Positions 36,490 through 47,113 of a DNA stretch of 64,000 bases are shown here, one piece after another. This DNA comes from a virus. Numbering within the stretch: the first letter of the stretch is position 1; each line of letters starts with the position of its first letter. Under the pieces are notes generated by a model. The model had not been told where the DNA came from and ran no database searches. It worked only from the letters and a program-made list of their open reading frames with translations. Made by a program: the position numbers and the translations under genes. The stretch lies in IMG/VR virus record IMGVR_UViG_3300043434_000833, positions 7,708-71,707 of that record, one strand, 5' to 3'.

Positions 36490-38915
36490 TATATCAGGTT
36501 TTTGAAAAAGTCATAATCTTTATTGATAAAATCTAAAAGATTAATTATTTTTTGTTTATTTTTTTCAAATCTGTCTTGGTTATCTCTATAGAACTTAATA
36601 AAATTTTCTTTATTATTATTTATTCTTTCAATTTCGTCCGCAATCATCGATAGACGTTTTTTATGGTCAGGTTCGTCGTCATATCCGTGGTTTATAATAT
36701 CGTCGAAGAAATCTAACCCATATAATTCTTTCATTTTTTTAATATGATGTTGGGATGCCACCATAATCGGAAATTGATAGTAAAAAAATGGTTTAAATGA
36801 CTTTTCTGATATGTGGATAGTGTTCTTTTGTCTATCAAAAGCCGATTCCGTTGTAATGTTTACATATGAATTGACATAAGATTCAAAACTTTCAATATGT
36901 GTTAATTTTTGTGACAATTCATCTTTGTTACTTTCATTGTACGTGTATATATCTCTTTCATAATCACTCAACTTATAGGTTAGGTTTTGTATAAAATTAG
37001 AATCGATTTTGTCATCATCTAATACATTTTTTAAAAAAATTTCGTCAGTTTTTTCATTTCCCGTTGGGACAAATGACCAATTAATATCATTCAATAAATT
37101 TTTATTGTTCAACAAGTTTAATATCCCAATCCTATGTGGTTTTAATGATTTATTAAATGTTAAAAAGAATTTACCATATTTGTTAGGTTCGAAATAACAA
37201 CCGCCAGCATCTTTTAAATCTCTAATTTTACAATATAATAAAAAGTTTATTTTATAAACGTTTACGTCACTTTTAAATTTTAATTTGTACTCATCTAATT
37301 TAGAATTATTATTAATGCAATATACTTTAGATAATGAGATGTTATTTAATTCAAAATATTTTAAAATTTTAACAAACTCATCTTCATTGGTTGGTTCGTG
37401 CTCAGTGATTAATAAAATATAAAAGTTAGGACAAGTTCTTAACATTTCTTTTATATCAGTATTAATCAATTCATTCTCTGACGATTTTAAATTAAAATCA
37501 TCATCAACATAGTCAACAATAAACGTTGTTGGTTCGTGATAGTTTATTATATAATAATAATTCTCATTCGGTTTTCTTTTAACCTCATCTAATCTACATT
37601 TTTTTGTGATAAATTCATCTCTCTCTGTTTGTACAATACAATGATTTAATAGACTGATTCCGTCCGATATTAAAAATTCATTGTTAGCGAAGTATGTTTT
37701 ACCGTTAGATATTGGTGTGTTTGTCGAATCGTCCCATTCGTTATAAACTAAGTTAAAAGTTTTTTTCTTTTTACCGTAATGTATGGTATTTTCTTTATGT
37801 CTTTCTCTCCAAGGGTCTAATGTTATACTGCCTTCCGGAAAATCTAAAATATTAAAATTATATCTATGTCCTAAAAGAAAAACCGACGGTTCGTCCATTA
37901 CATCGTATCTAATTTTTTTACCAAATTCATTCTCTATATAATAACCAACTAAACGTGAGAATGAACCATCATATAACTCAACTCCCAATTTATAACTCTC
38001 ACCCATAATAACAATTGGTAGGTGGTAATCAATCGACATATCAACCAATTTACTTGCAATATTTTTTGCTTGGATTTCTCTTGATTTCATTATCGAATCG
38101 AACAAATCATATCCTAAATCCAATTCATTTACCATATATCTTAGTGCGATGTTATCTCTTGGGTGACAAGGTCCTCCGTCACCCATACCCGCCTTCATAT
38201 ACGCTTTACCAGTAATTCTATAGTCACTTCTTTCTAAAGCACCGGTTACTACGTCAGTATTAATGTTACCATTTTTTTCCGCCACATCTTGAATCATATT
38301 CACTAATGACAATTTAGCGGAAATGAATGTATTATAAAATATTTTTATCGATTCAGCCTCATCCCACGTCCCGACTTCAATTCTAACACCCTTATTCACA
38401 AATGTCTTATAGAACTCAATAAGTTTTTCTGCATCACCATTTGTTTTACCATCTTCAGTGCCAATTATAATCATTTCGGGATTAATCAAATCATTTTTAA
38501 CGGTACCCATAGCAATAAGGTATGGGTTATATATGAAACGATAATTTTTAACCAACGGTATAAACTCTCTTCTTGTTGTACCAGGTAACACTGTAGATAT
38601 TAAAACAACTAATTGGTTTTTTGTTGTGTATTGATTGATTTCGGTTAAGACTTCTTTAACTATCGAGTAATCAAAGTCTTTTGGTTCTAAATGTGATGTT
38701 GGTTTACTACCGTCATATTCAGGGTGATGAGGTGTCGGTACTGCTACGAATATCATATCTCTATCTCTACATACTTCCTGAATTGAGTTTGTCATCCTAA
38801 ATCTACATTGTGTAATTGTTCTAACGTCATAACCAACAATGTCGTGACCGTTATCAAACATAACTTCAGCAACGTCTCTACCCAATTTACCTATACCAAT
38901 AAATCCTATTTTCAT
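36489..38915 (-). CDS. UDP-glucose/GDP-mannose dehydrogenase fused to GT10-like domain
   Basis: IGIGKLG, AVPTP, ST..PGT, YNP, E.IK..YN, GGPCHPRD; C-terminal half NLVY...NITTES..ISEKSFKPF. Confidence 0.88.
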   Translation of the reverse strand: MKIGFIGIGKLGRDVAEVMFDNGHDIVGYDVRTITQCRFRMTNSIQEVCRDRDMIFVAVPTPHHPEYDGSKPTSHLEPKDFDYSIVKEVLTEINQYTTKNQLVVLISTVLPGTTRREFIPLVKNYRFIYNPYLIAMGTVKNDLINPEMIIIGTEDGKTNGDAEKLIEFYKTFVNKGVRIEVGTWDEAESIKIFYNTFISAKLSLVNMIQDVAEKNGNINTDVVTGALERSDYRITGKAYMKAGMGDGGPCHPRDNIALRYMVNELDLGYDLFDSIMKSREIQAKNIASKLVDMSIDYHLPIVIMGESYKLGVELYDGSFSRLVGYYIENEFGKKIRYDVMDEPSVFLLGHRYNFNILDFPEGSITLDPWRERHKENTIHYGKKKKTFNLVYNEWDDSTNTPISNGKTYFANNEFLISDGISLLNHCIVQTERDEFITKKCRLDEVKRKPNENYYYIINYHEPTTFIVDYVDDDFNLKSSENELINTDIKEMLRTCPNFYILLITEHEPTNEDEFVKILKYFELNNISLSKVYCINNNSKLDEYKLKFKSDVNVYKINFLLYCKIRDLKDAGGCYFEPNKYGKFFLTFNKSLKPHRIGILNLLNNKNLLNDINWSFVPTGNEKTDEIFLKNVLDDDKIDSNFIQNLTYKLSDYERDIYTYNESNKDELSQKLTHIESFESYVNSYVNITTESAFDRQKNTIHISEKSFKPFFYYQFPIMVASQHHIKKMKELYGLDFFDDIINHGYDDEPDHKKRLSMIADEIERINNNKENFIKFYRDNQDRFEKNKQKIINLLDFINKDYDFFKNLI

Positions 38916-40180
38916 TTTACTAATTCCTCCCATATATCGTCAAATATTTTGCTCAAATCTAAATTAATTCCCTCATCATATTTTTCTTTAAATAATTTAT
39001 TATAATGAGTTTGATTAAATTCACACACCTCTTTCATTTGATTCCTAATTTGTGTCAATTCATCTATTGTTTTACCTTCAAATTTTTTTAACTCATTTAC
39101 CACCATAAGTGATCTTTTATTCCTATCTGGTTCGTTATCATAACTTTCATCAATCCACTTATCAAAAGTTTTATAACCCATTGATTTTAAATATTTTAAT
39201 GAATTTTGATTACCGTATAAAATGAATGGGTGTCCGACCATTATCGGTTTCCAAATTTTTTCAGAAAAGAACAAAGTATCGTCATCAACCAATGATTCAG
39301 ATAATAATGAAATAAATGTTCTTTCGTAGTCTTCCTTAGTTATGTTACACGCTAAATTGAAGTCTAAATCATATCGTTGGTCAATGATGAATGGAGCGTT
39401 ATCCTTTAAATAATTATAGTGTTCAATTTTACATTCAGGGGTCGGTGGATAAATTAAACTATTTAAACTGATTGTACCCTTATGGAATAAATTTAATTCC
39501 AATAAATCCATCAGTAGTGTGATTCTTTGTGGTCTCGGATTCCTATTATATGAGAGAAAAAGAAATTTATTGTCAATTGGTTTGAAATCGACCACCTCCA
39601 CTTCGTCATATGTATTCCAAGGTTCAAAACAATGGATTGGTTTACCCTTAAAACCTAACCCTTTTTGTTTAATAATGTCATCTATTAAAAAATTACCACA
39701 TATATAATATATTGAGTCCGTGGGTAAATTACTATCTTTTCTCCATTTTTCAATAATCTCTAAATCGTAATTTCCTTTTGAACCTGAATATCCTTCATAT
39801 AAAAACAACAATAGAATTTTACTTTTACCATTTCTAACATCATCAAGATACTTTGGTGAAATGCACGTAAAACCAATTTCAATGTTATCGGCGAAAAAAC
39901 TATATGAATAAACATTAATCACATATAGATGATTATCATTTCCAATATCTGACATTTGTTTATATTCTATTTTTTTAGAATAATGTGGTGTCACAATTCC
40001 CCTAAACATCTGATTATCAAACATTTCCCCCTGTTCACTAAACACATTCCAATCACCCCACATTAGTGGTCTACTCAGTCTTTTTAATTCATTAATGTAC
40101 CAAGTTTTAGACGAGCCATTTGGTCTATAGTAATCAATGATACTGTCCCAATCTTCTAAACTACATATGATTTTATCCAT
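38912..40180 (-). CDS. Putative GT10-like glycosyltransferase
   Basis: YNRNPRPQR, ISLLSES, FSEKIWKP, GYKTFD..IDESYD. Confidence 0.55.
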   Translation of the reverse strand: MDKIICSLEDWDSIIDYYRPNGSSKTWYINELKRLSRPLMWGDWNVFSEQGEMFDNQMFRGIVTPHYSKKIEYKQMSDIGNDNHLYVINVYSYSFFADNIEIGFTCISPKYLDDVRNGKSKILLLFLYEGYSGSKGNYDLEIIEKWRKDSNLPTDSIYYICGNFLIDDIIKQKGLGFKGKPIHCFEPWNTYDEVEVVDFKPIDNKFLFLSYNRNPRPQRITLLMDLLELNLFHKGTISLNSLIYPPTPECKIEHYNYLKDNAPFIIDQRYDLDFNLACNITKEDYERTFISLLSESLVDDDTLFFSEKIWKPIMVGHPFILYGNQNSLKYLKSMGYKTFDKWIDESYDNEPDRNKRSLMVVNELKKFEGKTIDELTQIRNQMKEVCEFNQTHYNKLFKEKYDEGINLDLSKIFDDIWEELVK

Positions 40181-40191
40181 AATATTATGTT

Positions 40192-40253
40192 AAAATATAA
40201 CTAAAAAAAACCATAATAACAATTTGTAATTAATAAAATTTTTCGTATATTTT
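40192..40253. promoter_or_regulatory. Back-to-back divergent -33/-7 promoters
   Basis: Minus: TTG-N20-TATATTTT (40222 to 40192); plus: TTTG-N19-TATATTTT (40223-40253), 4 nt before ATG. Confidence 0.65.
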
Positions 40254-40257
40254 AAAT

Positions 40258-41229
40258 ATGAAAATACTAATCACAGGTGGAGCCGGATATCTTGGTTCCG
40301 TTATTACCGGTAAAATGTTAAATGCCGGACACGAAGTAGTTGTTTTGGATAAATTGATATTCAATCAAACATCTTTATTAGTTTACACATCAAACCCTAA
40401 CTTTAAGTTCTTTCACGGAGACGTAAGAAACGAATCTCTTTTAGAAAAACTATGTAATGAGGTTGATGTTGTAATTCCGTTAGCGGCAATTGTTGGGTTC
40501 CCCGCGTGTGATACCGAACCAGAATTGGCTAAAGAAATCAATTTTAAACAGATTTTTAATATAGTTAAATTCACTAAAGGTAAGGACGTAAAAATCCTTT
40601 ATCCAAATACTAATAGTGGATATGGTATTGGTGTTGGTCAAACAGAATGTACTGAAGAATCACCTTTAAATCCTATTTCAATTTATGGAACAACCAAATG
40701 TTCTGCTGAGAATTTTTTAAAGTCGAGTACCGATGCCATCATATTCAGATTAGCCACGGTGTTCGGTGTTTCACCAAGAATGAGAACCGATTTATTAGTT
40801 AATGATTTTACATATAAAGCAATCACGGACAAATATATAGTGGTATTTGAAAAGAATTTCAAAAGAAACTTTATTCATATACAAGATGTGGCTAATGTCT
40901 TTTTATTTATGTTAGAAAACTATGACAAGTATAAAGGTGAAATCTTTAATGTAGGTTTGAGTGAGGCGAATTTAAGTAAACAAGAATTGTTAGAAAAAAT
41001 ACAACAGCACGTTAAGAACTTTGCAGTATCATATAATGACTATTACGAGGATCCTGATAAGAGAGACTACATTGTGTCAAATGCCAAAATTGAGTCCACT
41101 GGTTGGTCTCCTAAGTGGGATATTGATATGGGGATTAGTGAATTGATAATGGCTTACCAAATGATTGTACCAAAAATGGGTGCAGAATTTAGAAACGGAT
41201 TTCCGTTAGGATACGCAAACAATATGTAA
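40258..41229 (+). CDS. NAD-dependent nucleotide-sugar epimerase/dehydratase
   Basis: ITGGAGYLGS, LAAIVG, YGTTK, RLATVFG. Confidence 0.92.
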   Translation: MKILITGGAGYLGSVITGKMLNAGHEVVVLDKLIFNQTSLLVYTSNPNFKFFHGDVRNESLLEKLCNEVDVVIPLAAIVGFPACDTEPELAKEINFKQIFNIVKFTKGKDVKILYPNTNSGYGIGVGQTECTEESPLNPISIYGTTKCSAENFLKSSTDAIIFRLATVFGVSPRMRTDLLVNDFTYKAITDKYIVVFEKNFKRNFIHIQDVANVFLFMLENYDKYKGEIFNVGLSEANLSKQELLEKIQQHVKNFAVSYNDYYEDPDKRDYIVSNAKIESTGWSPKWDIDMGISELIMAYQMIVPKMGAEFRNGFPLGYANNM

Positions 41230-41230
41230 T

Positions 41231-41776
41231 ATGAGTAATAAATGGGATGAGTTTATCGAAACTCCATCAAAAAAATTCGGTTATCAAGTACCTACATTTA
41301 CTCCTTCAATTTTTAGAGAGTATCGAGGGGAAATATTTACCACTTTCCATAGTGAGAATCATCCTGTGATGAGACACATTCATTATGAGAAATCTGAAAT
41401 TAGTATTCACGGTCGATTTTCACGTTCTTACCAAGGAGTATTAAGGGGATTACACTACGATAATAAAACTTGGAAGTTAGTACAAGCCACTGTAGGAGAT
41501 ATATACTTAGTAGTTTTAGATATGAGACCTCAATCACCCACATATGGGGATTGGGAGTCATTCATCATATCTGAACGTAACAGAGAACAAGTATTAGTAC
41601 CTCCAGGATTTGCCAATGGTCATTATGCATTGACCGATTGTATGTTCCATTATAATCTATTCTATAAAGACGGATATGTCGATGCGGACGAACAAGGTGT
41701 TGTTAAATGGAATGACCCAGAGTATCAAATGGAATGGCCAACAGATAAACCAACATTACAAAAACGAGACAGATGA
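41231..41776 (+). CDS. dTDP-4-dehydrorhamnose 3,5-epimerase family (RmlC-like cupin)
   Basis: RG.I, GVLRGLH, KLV...G....V.LDMR..SPTYG, VPPGFANG, WNDP. Confidence 0.9.
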   Translation: MSNKWDEFIETPSKKFGYQVPTFTPSIFREYRGEIFTTFHSENHPVMRHIHYEKSEISIHGRFSRSYQGVLRGLHYDNKTWKLVQATVGDIYLVVLDMRPQSPTYGDWESFIISERNREQVLVPPGFANGHYALTDCMFHYNLFYKDGYVDADEQGVVKWNDPEYQMEWPTDKPTLQKRDR

Positions 41777-42408
41777 TAAAAAATTTAGTAGACGAATTAC
41801 CAATTGTAAACGAACCATTATGGGACAAGGCCGGTTTAGTACAATTTGAAAGAAAAATGGCGGACCATTGGGAGTCCGGTAAAGTAAGAGGACCAATACA
41901 TTTAAGTGGAGGTAACGAAGATGAATTAATTGAGATATTCAGATACGTTAAAAAAAGTGATTGGGTATTCTCAACTTGGAGGTCTCATTATCACGCATTA
42001 TTGAAAGGTGTACCTTCTGAATGGTTAGAGGAGGAAATTCTTGCCGGTCGTTCAATAACAATTGTAAATCAAGAAGAACGTTTCTATTCTTCAGCAATTG
42101 TGGGGGCAATCATACCGATTGCAACAGGAGTTGCATTATCAAATAAAAGAAATGGAACAGACGATAAGGTTTGGTGTTTCATTGGGGATATGGCATTTGA
42201 GACGGGTGGATTTTATGAAATGCACAAATATTCCCAACGTTATAATTTACCAATAAGATTTGTTGTAGAAGATAATGGAGTGTCAACAAATACTCCAACC
42301 GAAGAAACTTGGAATGGTGTAAAAAGAGATGTACCGTATGACGTTATTTGGTATAATTATAAAAAAGAGTGGCCGCACTACGGAACAGGAAAATGGGTGA
42401 TTTTTTAA
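41773..42408 (+). CDS. TPP-dependent enzyme, E1-alpha-like (short)
   Basis: HLSGGNE, TWRSH, IVG, GDMA...EDN TPP-binding motif. Confidence 0.88.
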   Translation: MIKNLVDELPIVNEPLWDKAGLVQFERKMADHWESGKVRGPIHLSGGNEDELIEIFRYVKKSDWVFSTWRSHYHALLKGVPSEWLEEEILAGRSITIVNQEERFYSSAIVGAIIPIATGVALSNKRNGTDDKVWCFIGDMAFETGGFYEMHKYSQRYNLPIRFVVEDNGVSTNTPTEETWNGVKRDVPYDVIWYNYKKEWPHYGTGKWVIF

Positions 42409-43652
42409 ATTTAGTTTACGATAATTGGACAGGTGATGGAGACACACATCGTCCTAATATGGAAAATACATTAGGTCGAGACAGATTTAAAACTGTTGAG
42501 GGTCTTTTTAATTTTTATATGATGTTATTTAAAATTCGAATCAAGAATATTGATGACGTATATAATAACCCTAATGAAAATTTTTATTATTTTATTAACG
42601 CAAATGGTAATAGTGCACATTACTATACTGAAAGAGATAATATACCATTACCTCAAATAGTGAAGGAATGTTTTTTAAATTGTAAAAATTTTAATTTAGT
42701 TTTTATTAACGAACACGAATATGAAGACGTATCGTACATTAAATTTATCGATTCAAAATCAAAATCATTAGGTTACGATACTAAACGTATTTACGTTATT
42801 AATAATGATTCTAAATTAGATGAGTATAAAAAAGAAATTGGCACTGATATAAATGTGTATTCATTAGGATTTCTTTTAAAATTTATTGCCGGACACTTAG
42901 TTAAACAGAAAATTGAATTTAAACCGGAAAAAGATGGTAAATTCTTTCTTTGTCACAACAGATCACCCAAACCTCATAGATACACTCTATTAGTCCTTTT
43001 GAAAAACTCGGGATTATTAAATGAGGTTGATTGGTCATTGATTATGGGATGGTATAGACAAGAAAATATGAGAAATGGTGATACACATAAAGATTTTTAT
43101 CGTCATTTCTTTAGTCAAGACGATGTTATCCATTATCTACCTGAAATTGAATATTTTAGTAATATTGACATAAAGAAAAGTCATTTTGAGGAGGATACTT
43201 CTTGGTTTACTGCTGGTGATTTACACGATGATTTCGATTGGAAAGATATCTATGAGATAAAATCATTCCAAGAGTCATATGTGAATATTGTTACCGAATC
43301 TAATTTCTTTAACAGGGCCATTCACATAACTGAAAAGTCAATAAAACCATTTTATTTTTACCAATTTCCATTATTTTTAGCTAGTCCTAATCACGTAAAA
43401 TATTTTAAAGAAAAATATGGATTAGATATGTTTGACGACATAATTGATCATAGTTATGATAGTGAATTAGACGATAAAAAAAGATTAAATCTTTTTTTTA
43501 ATGAGATAAAACGTATCTCAGAAAATAAGGATGAATTTATTGAGTTTTATAAAAATAATCAGGATAGGTTTGAAAAAAATAAACAAATAATAATTGAGAT
43601 TGAAAAATCTAAAAAAGATGTGGAATATTTTACATCACTAATAAAAAAATAA
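42393..43652 (+). CDS. Putative GT10-like glycosyltransferase
   Basis: LNLVYD, HNRSPKPHR, YVNIVTES, ITEKSIKPF, IIDHSYD; start moved to ATG 42393. Confidence 0.55.
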   Translation: MGDFLNLVYDNWTGDGDTHRPNMENTLGRDRFKTVEGLFNFYMMLFKIRIKNIDDVYNNPNENFYYFINANGNSAHYYTERDNIPLPQIVKECFLNCKNFNLVFINEHEYEDVSYIKFIDSKSKSLGYDTKRIYVINNDSKLDEYKKEIGTDINVYSLGFLLKFIAGHLVKQKIEFKPEKDGKFFLCHNRSPKPHRYTLLVLLKNSGLLNEVDWSLIMGWYRQENMRNGDTHKDFYRHFFSQDDVIHYLPEIEYFSNIDIKKSHFEEDTSWFTAGDLHDDFDWKDIYEIKSFQESYVNIVTESNFFNRAIHITEKSIKPFYFYQFPLFLASPNHVKYFKEKYGLDMFDDIIDHSYDSELDDKKRLNLFFNEIKRISENKDEFIEFYKNNQDRFEKNKQIIIEIEKSKKDVEYFTSLIKK

Positions 43653-43654
43653 TA

Positions 43655-45307
43655 ATGAAAAAAATATTAATCACGGGTTGTTCAGGTCTTTTGGGGACTT
43701 ATTTAATAAAAAGATTTTTTAGACATTCGTACGATACTACAATTATTGGTGTCGATATTAATCCACCTAAAATTGATTTAAGCTCAAAAGAAGATTTTAT
43801 ATTTGAACAATTAGATTTAACTAAAGATGGTAATGTTGAACATTTATTTGAGAAGTACAAACCAACATTGGTAATCAACGCTTTTGGTATTAAAGGTTCG
43901 CCGGTTAGAGCAAAAGAAAAACCGGTTGATTTTCTTTATCCGTCGTTGAAAATTAATACAGAAATTATTAATCAATCGTATAAACACGATGCTTGGTTGA
44001 TTTTTGTTAGTTCTGTGGGTGTTTATTCACCTTCTGAAGTGTTTGTTGAGTCTGATGTTTGGAAAACATTGCCTTCAGAACACGATTGGTACCCGTCTTG
44101 GTCAAAACGTGTGGGTGAATTACTTTTAGAATCCTATAAAGTACAATATGGTTATGATAAATGGTCAATCATTAGGCCAGCTAATATCTTTGGTGATTAT
44201 GATGACTTTAGTGGTAATGGAACTGTTATTTCATCAACAATAAAAAAGATTTGGGAAGCAACAGATGAAATAGAATGTTGGGGCGATGGTAGTCCGATTC
44301 GAGATTTTGTTTATGGTGAAGATGTGGCTGAGGCAATTTACAAGATGTACACAAATAAAATTAAGGATGTTGTAAATTTTGGCGCCGGCGAAGAGATTAC
44401 AATTAAATCTATGATTGAGTCATTAGTAAAAATAAGTGGGAAAAACTTAACTATTAAATGGGATTCTTCTAAACCTAATGGTGATTTACGTAGACAAATG
44501 GACGTTACTAAACAAACTCATTACGATTTATTACCAACAATACCTTTTGAACGAGCATTAGAAAGAACATACTATTATTACACCTCACAATTTAAACCAG
44601 AAAATTTAAAATTTAAACCTAAAGAATTGTTTGATAAGGGTTATTATATTGGAACACTTGATGAGATATTTGACGATTATGTTGAATTAGATAAGTGTAT
44701 TGAGGAATTAGAAAGAATTTCGGTGACTAAAGAACATTATCGTGCTAGATTAGATTATAATTTAGAACCTGAAGACGAAAGATATGAAGTTGGGATTACT
44801 GAGGATAAAGTAAAAGAAAGGGAAGATTTCATTAAAAAGAATAACAAAATTACCATTCAAAAATGGTGGGAAAGTCAAAGTCCTACAGGTGCATTTAACG
44901 ATATTAAGAAGTATTTCGATGATAAAGTACAATTGTATTTAGAGAAGATTTATCCTGAATCTAAAGGTGTTGGTTCAAATAATAGTAACTTTACCCTTTA
45001 TGAAAATGGTGATTTTATAACTCCACATAGAGATGGGTTTAATGTTTGGAGATATTGTGTTATATTGATTTATCTGACAGATGAAAAAAATTATAACGAT
45101 GGTGGGGGTGAATTAGTTATTGAAGAAAACGGTGTACGTGAGGTAATTAAACCTATTAAAGGTAACTTTTGTATATTAGATTTTACAAGAAACAATGCAA
45201 ATCACGCGGTTAATCACGTTAAAAATGATTTTAGAAGATTTACCTATATAAACTTCTTCCAAAATAAAATTATCTATAATGAAGAAATGGAAAAAAATAA
45301 TAAATAA
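43655..45307 (+). CDS. Nucleotide-sugar epimerase/reductase fused to 2OG-Fe(II) oxygenase
   Basis: ITGCSGLLG, WGDGSPIRDF, KPNG; C-terminal HRD...GGGEL...HAV..V...RR. Confidence 0.85.
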   Translation: MKKILITGCSGLLGTYLIKRFFRHSYDTTIIGVDINPPKIDLSSKEDFIFEQLDLTKDGNVEHLFEKYKPTLVINAFGIKGSPVRAKEKPVDFLYPSLKINTEIINQSYKHDAWLIFVSSVGVYSPSEVFVESDVWKTLPSEHDWYPSWSKRVGELLLESYKVQYGYDKWSIIRPANIFGDYDDFSGNGTVISSTIKKIWEATDEIECWGDGSPIRDFVYGEDVAEAIYKMYTNKIKDVVNFGAGEEITIKSMIESLVKISGKNLTIKWDSSKPNGDLRRQMDVTKQTHYDLLPTIPFERALERTYYYYTSQFKPENLKFKPKELFDKGYYIGTLDEIFDDYVELDKCIEELERISVTKEHYRARLDYNLEPEDERYEVGITEDKVKEREDFIKKNNKITIQKWWESQSPTGAFNDIKKYFDDKVQLYLEKIYPESKGVGSNNSNFTLYENGDFITPHRDGFNVWRYCVILIYLTDEKNYNDGGGELVIEENGVREVIKPIKGNFCILDFTRNNANHAVNHVKNDFRRFTYINFFQNKIIYNEEMEKNNK

Positions 45308-45309
45308 AA

Positions 45310-46284
45310 ATGATAAATAAAGAATCCAAAATATTAATCACCGGCGGTTCGGGATTAGTAGGACAAAATTTAACCGCAAGATTAATAAATGAAGGTTATA
45401 CCAATTTAAGAGTTAACCTACACATTAGAGGTGTGAGAACTGTTTATGATGGTGTTGAATACACTAAACACGATTTAAAAACATATGAAGGTTGTAAATC
45501 AGCTACTGAAGGTGTTGATGTAGTGTTTCACGCAGCCGCTTCTACCTCAAATGCGGTTGATACTGTGGTTGACCCATTGGCTCACGTTACACCTAACGTG
45601 GCAATGAATAATTTTTTAATTGACGCTTCGTGGAGAAATGAGGTTAAACATTATGTATTTATTTCATCAAACACGGTGTACTCACCAAAAGGTGATGAAC
45701 CTGTTGTTGAAACTGATTTCTTATTTGATGAACCGTATCCTGTTTATTTTCCAGTTGGTTGGATGAAACGTTATGCTGAGGTTCAGTGTGAACTCTATGC
45801 AAAATACTTACCACGAAAGATGAAATGTACAGTTATTAGACCGGCAAATTTGTTTGGTCCTCACGATAAGTATGATTTTAATAAATGTCACGTAACACCC
45901 GCAACAATTCGTAAAGTTGCCGATAGAATGGACCCAATACCAGTGTGGGGTGATGGTACCGAATTAAGAGATTTATTATACATCGAGGATTTTGTTGAAG
46001 CATTACAAGTCGTTATGGAAAATGAAACTGAAATGTTCCAAACGTACAACGTTGGTTCTAATAAAGTTTATTCGGTATTGGAAGTATTGGATATGATGAA
46101 ATCAATTGCAGACCACGAAGCTCCTATTGAGTTTATTAGTGGTAAGCCATCAATGATTCCAACACGTAAAATTGATTCAAATAAAATTAACGAAAAGTTA
46201 GGTTGGAAAGCTAAAACACCGATTACGGTTGGGTTATTACAAGCATATAATTGGTATAACAAAAATAAAAACGAATTTAATTAA
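45310..46284 (+). CDS. GDP-L-fucose-synthase-like epimerase/reductase
   Basis: ITGGSGLVG, RPANLFGPHD, HV.PA, VWGDG..LRD. Confidence 0.88.
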   Translation: MINKESKILITGGSGLVGQNLTARLINEGYTNLRVNLHIRGVRTVYDGVEYTKHDLKTYEGCKSATEGVDVVFHAAASTSNAVDTVVDPLAHVTPNVAMNNFLIDASWRNEVKHYVFISSNTVYSPKGDEPVVETDFLFDEPYPVYFPVGWMKRYAEVQCELYAKYLPRKMKCTVIRPANLFGPHDKYDFNKCHVTPATIRKVADRMDPIPVWGDGTELRDLLYIEDFVEALQVVMENETEMFQTYNVGSNKVYSVLEVLDMMKSIADHEAPIEFISGKPSMIPTRKIDSNKINEKLGWKAKTPITVGLLQAYNWYNKNKNEFN

Positions 46285-46285
46285 T

Positions 46286-47113
46286 ATGAAAGGATTATTA
46301 TTTGGTGGTTGTTCATTTACTTGGGGGCAGGGTTTGTATTTCTATTCGGATTTGAATAGATTGATTTATCCTGAGAATGAATTTACATATAAAAGAGAAG
46401 ATTTGAATGATGCACATTTAAGATTTAAAGATACATTAAGATATCCTCGTTTAGTTGCTAACCATTTTAAAACATTTGAAGTGGTTAAAAATGTTAATGG
46501 TGGAAGTGAAGATGAGACGTTTGATTTCTTTAAAACGATGTTTGAGGTACCTAGACATACCCAATTATCTCACTATCATTTAGATAGATTTGATTATGAC
46601 GATTTTGATTATATAGTTATTCAATTATCTCAAATATGGAGAAATAAATTTTATTTTACGTTAGATGGTGAGGAGGATTTTGCATATGTTTCAGCAAATA
46701 ATAATCATCACGGTTATAATTGGGATAGACTTTTAGAATGGTTAACCGTAAACGATGAAACTGTTGAGAATGTAATTGAAACTTTATTCAAAGAACAACA
46801 TAAAAGATTATTAAATGAAGTAAAATTTTATGAAGAGAAAGGTATTAAGGTTATAATCTTATCTTGGGAGGATGAATATTATAATATTTTAAAAAATGAT
46901 TCTTATTTAATGGAACGTTATATTCGATTAACTTATAAAGATGAAACATACAATACGATTCGTGAAATGCATAATAAAAATCCACATTTAAAGATTAAGG
47001 GTGATGTTGCATTTTTTGGTGATAATGTGCCAGATGATCATCATCCATCGAAAGAATGTCACGAAGTAATCGCACAAAACATTATAAGAAGAATTGAAAG
47101 TGAATTAAAATAA
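46286..47113 (+). CDS. SGNH-like protein
   Basis: FGGCSFTWGQG, NGGS, DHHPS...H; start moved to ATG 46286. Confidence 0.7.
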   Translation: MKGLLFGGCSFTWGQGLYFYSDLNRLIYPENEFTYKREDLNDAHLRFKDTLRYPRLVANHFKTFEVVKNVNGGSEDETFDFFKTMFEVPRHTQLSHYHLDRFDYDDFDYIVIQLSQIWRNKFYFTLDGEEDFAYVSANNNHHGYNWDRLLEWLTVNDETVENVIETLFKEQHKRLLNEVKFYEEKGIKVIILSWEDEYYNILKNDSYLMERYIRLTYKDETYNTIREMHNKNPHLKIKGDVAFFGDNVPDDHHPSKECHEVIAQNIIRRIESELK

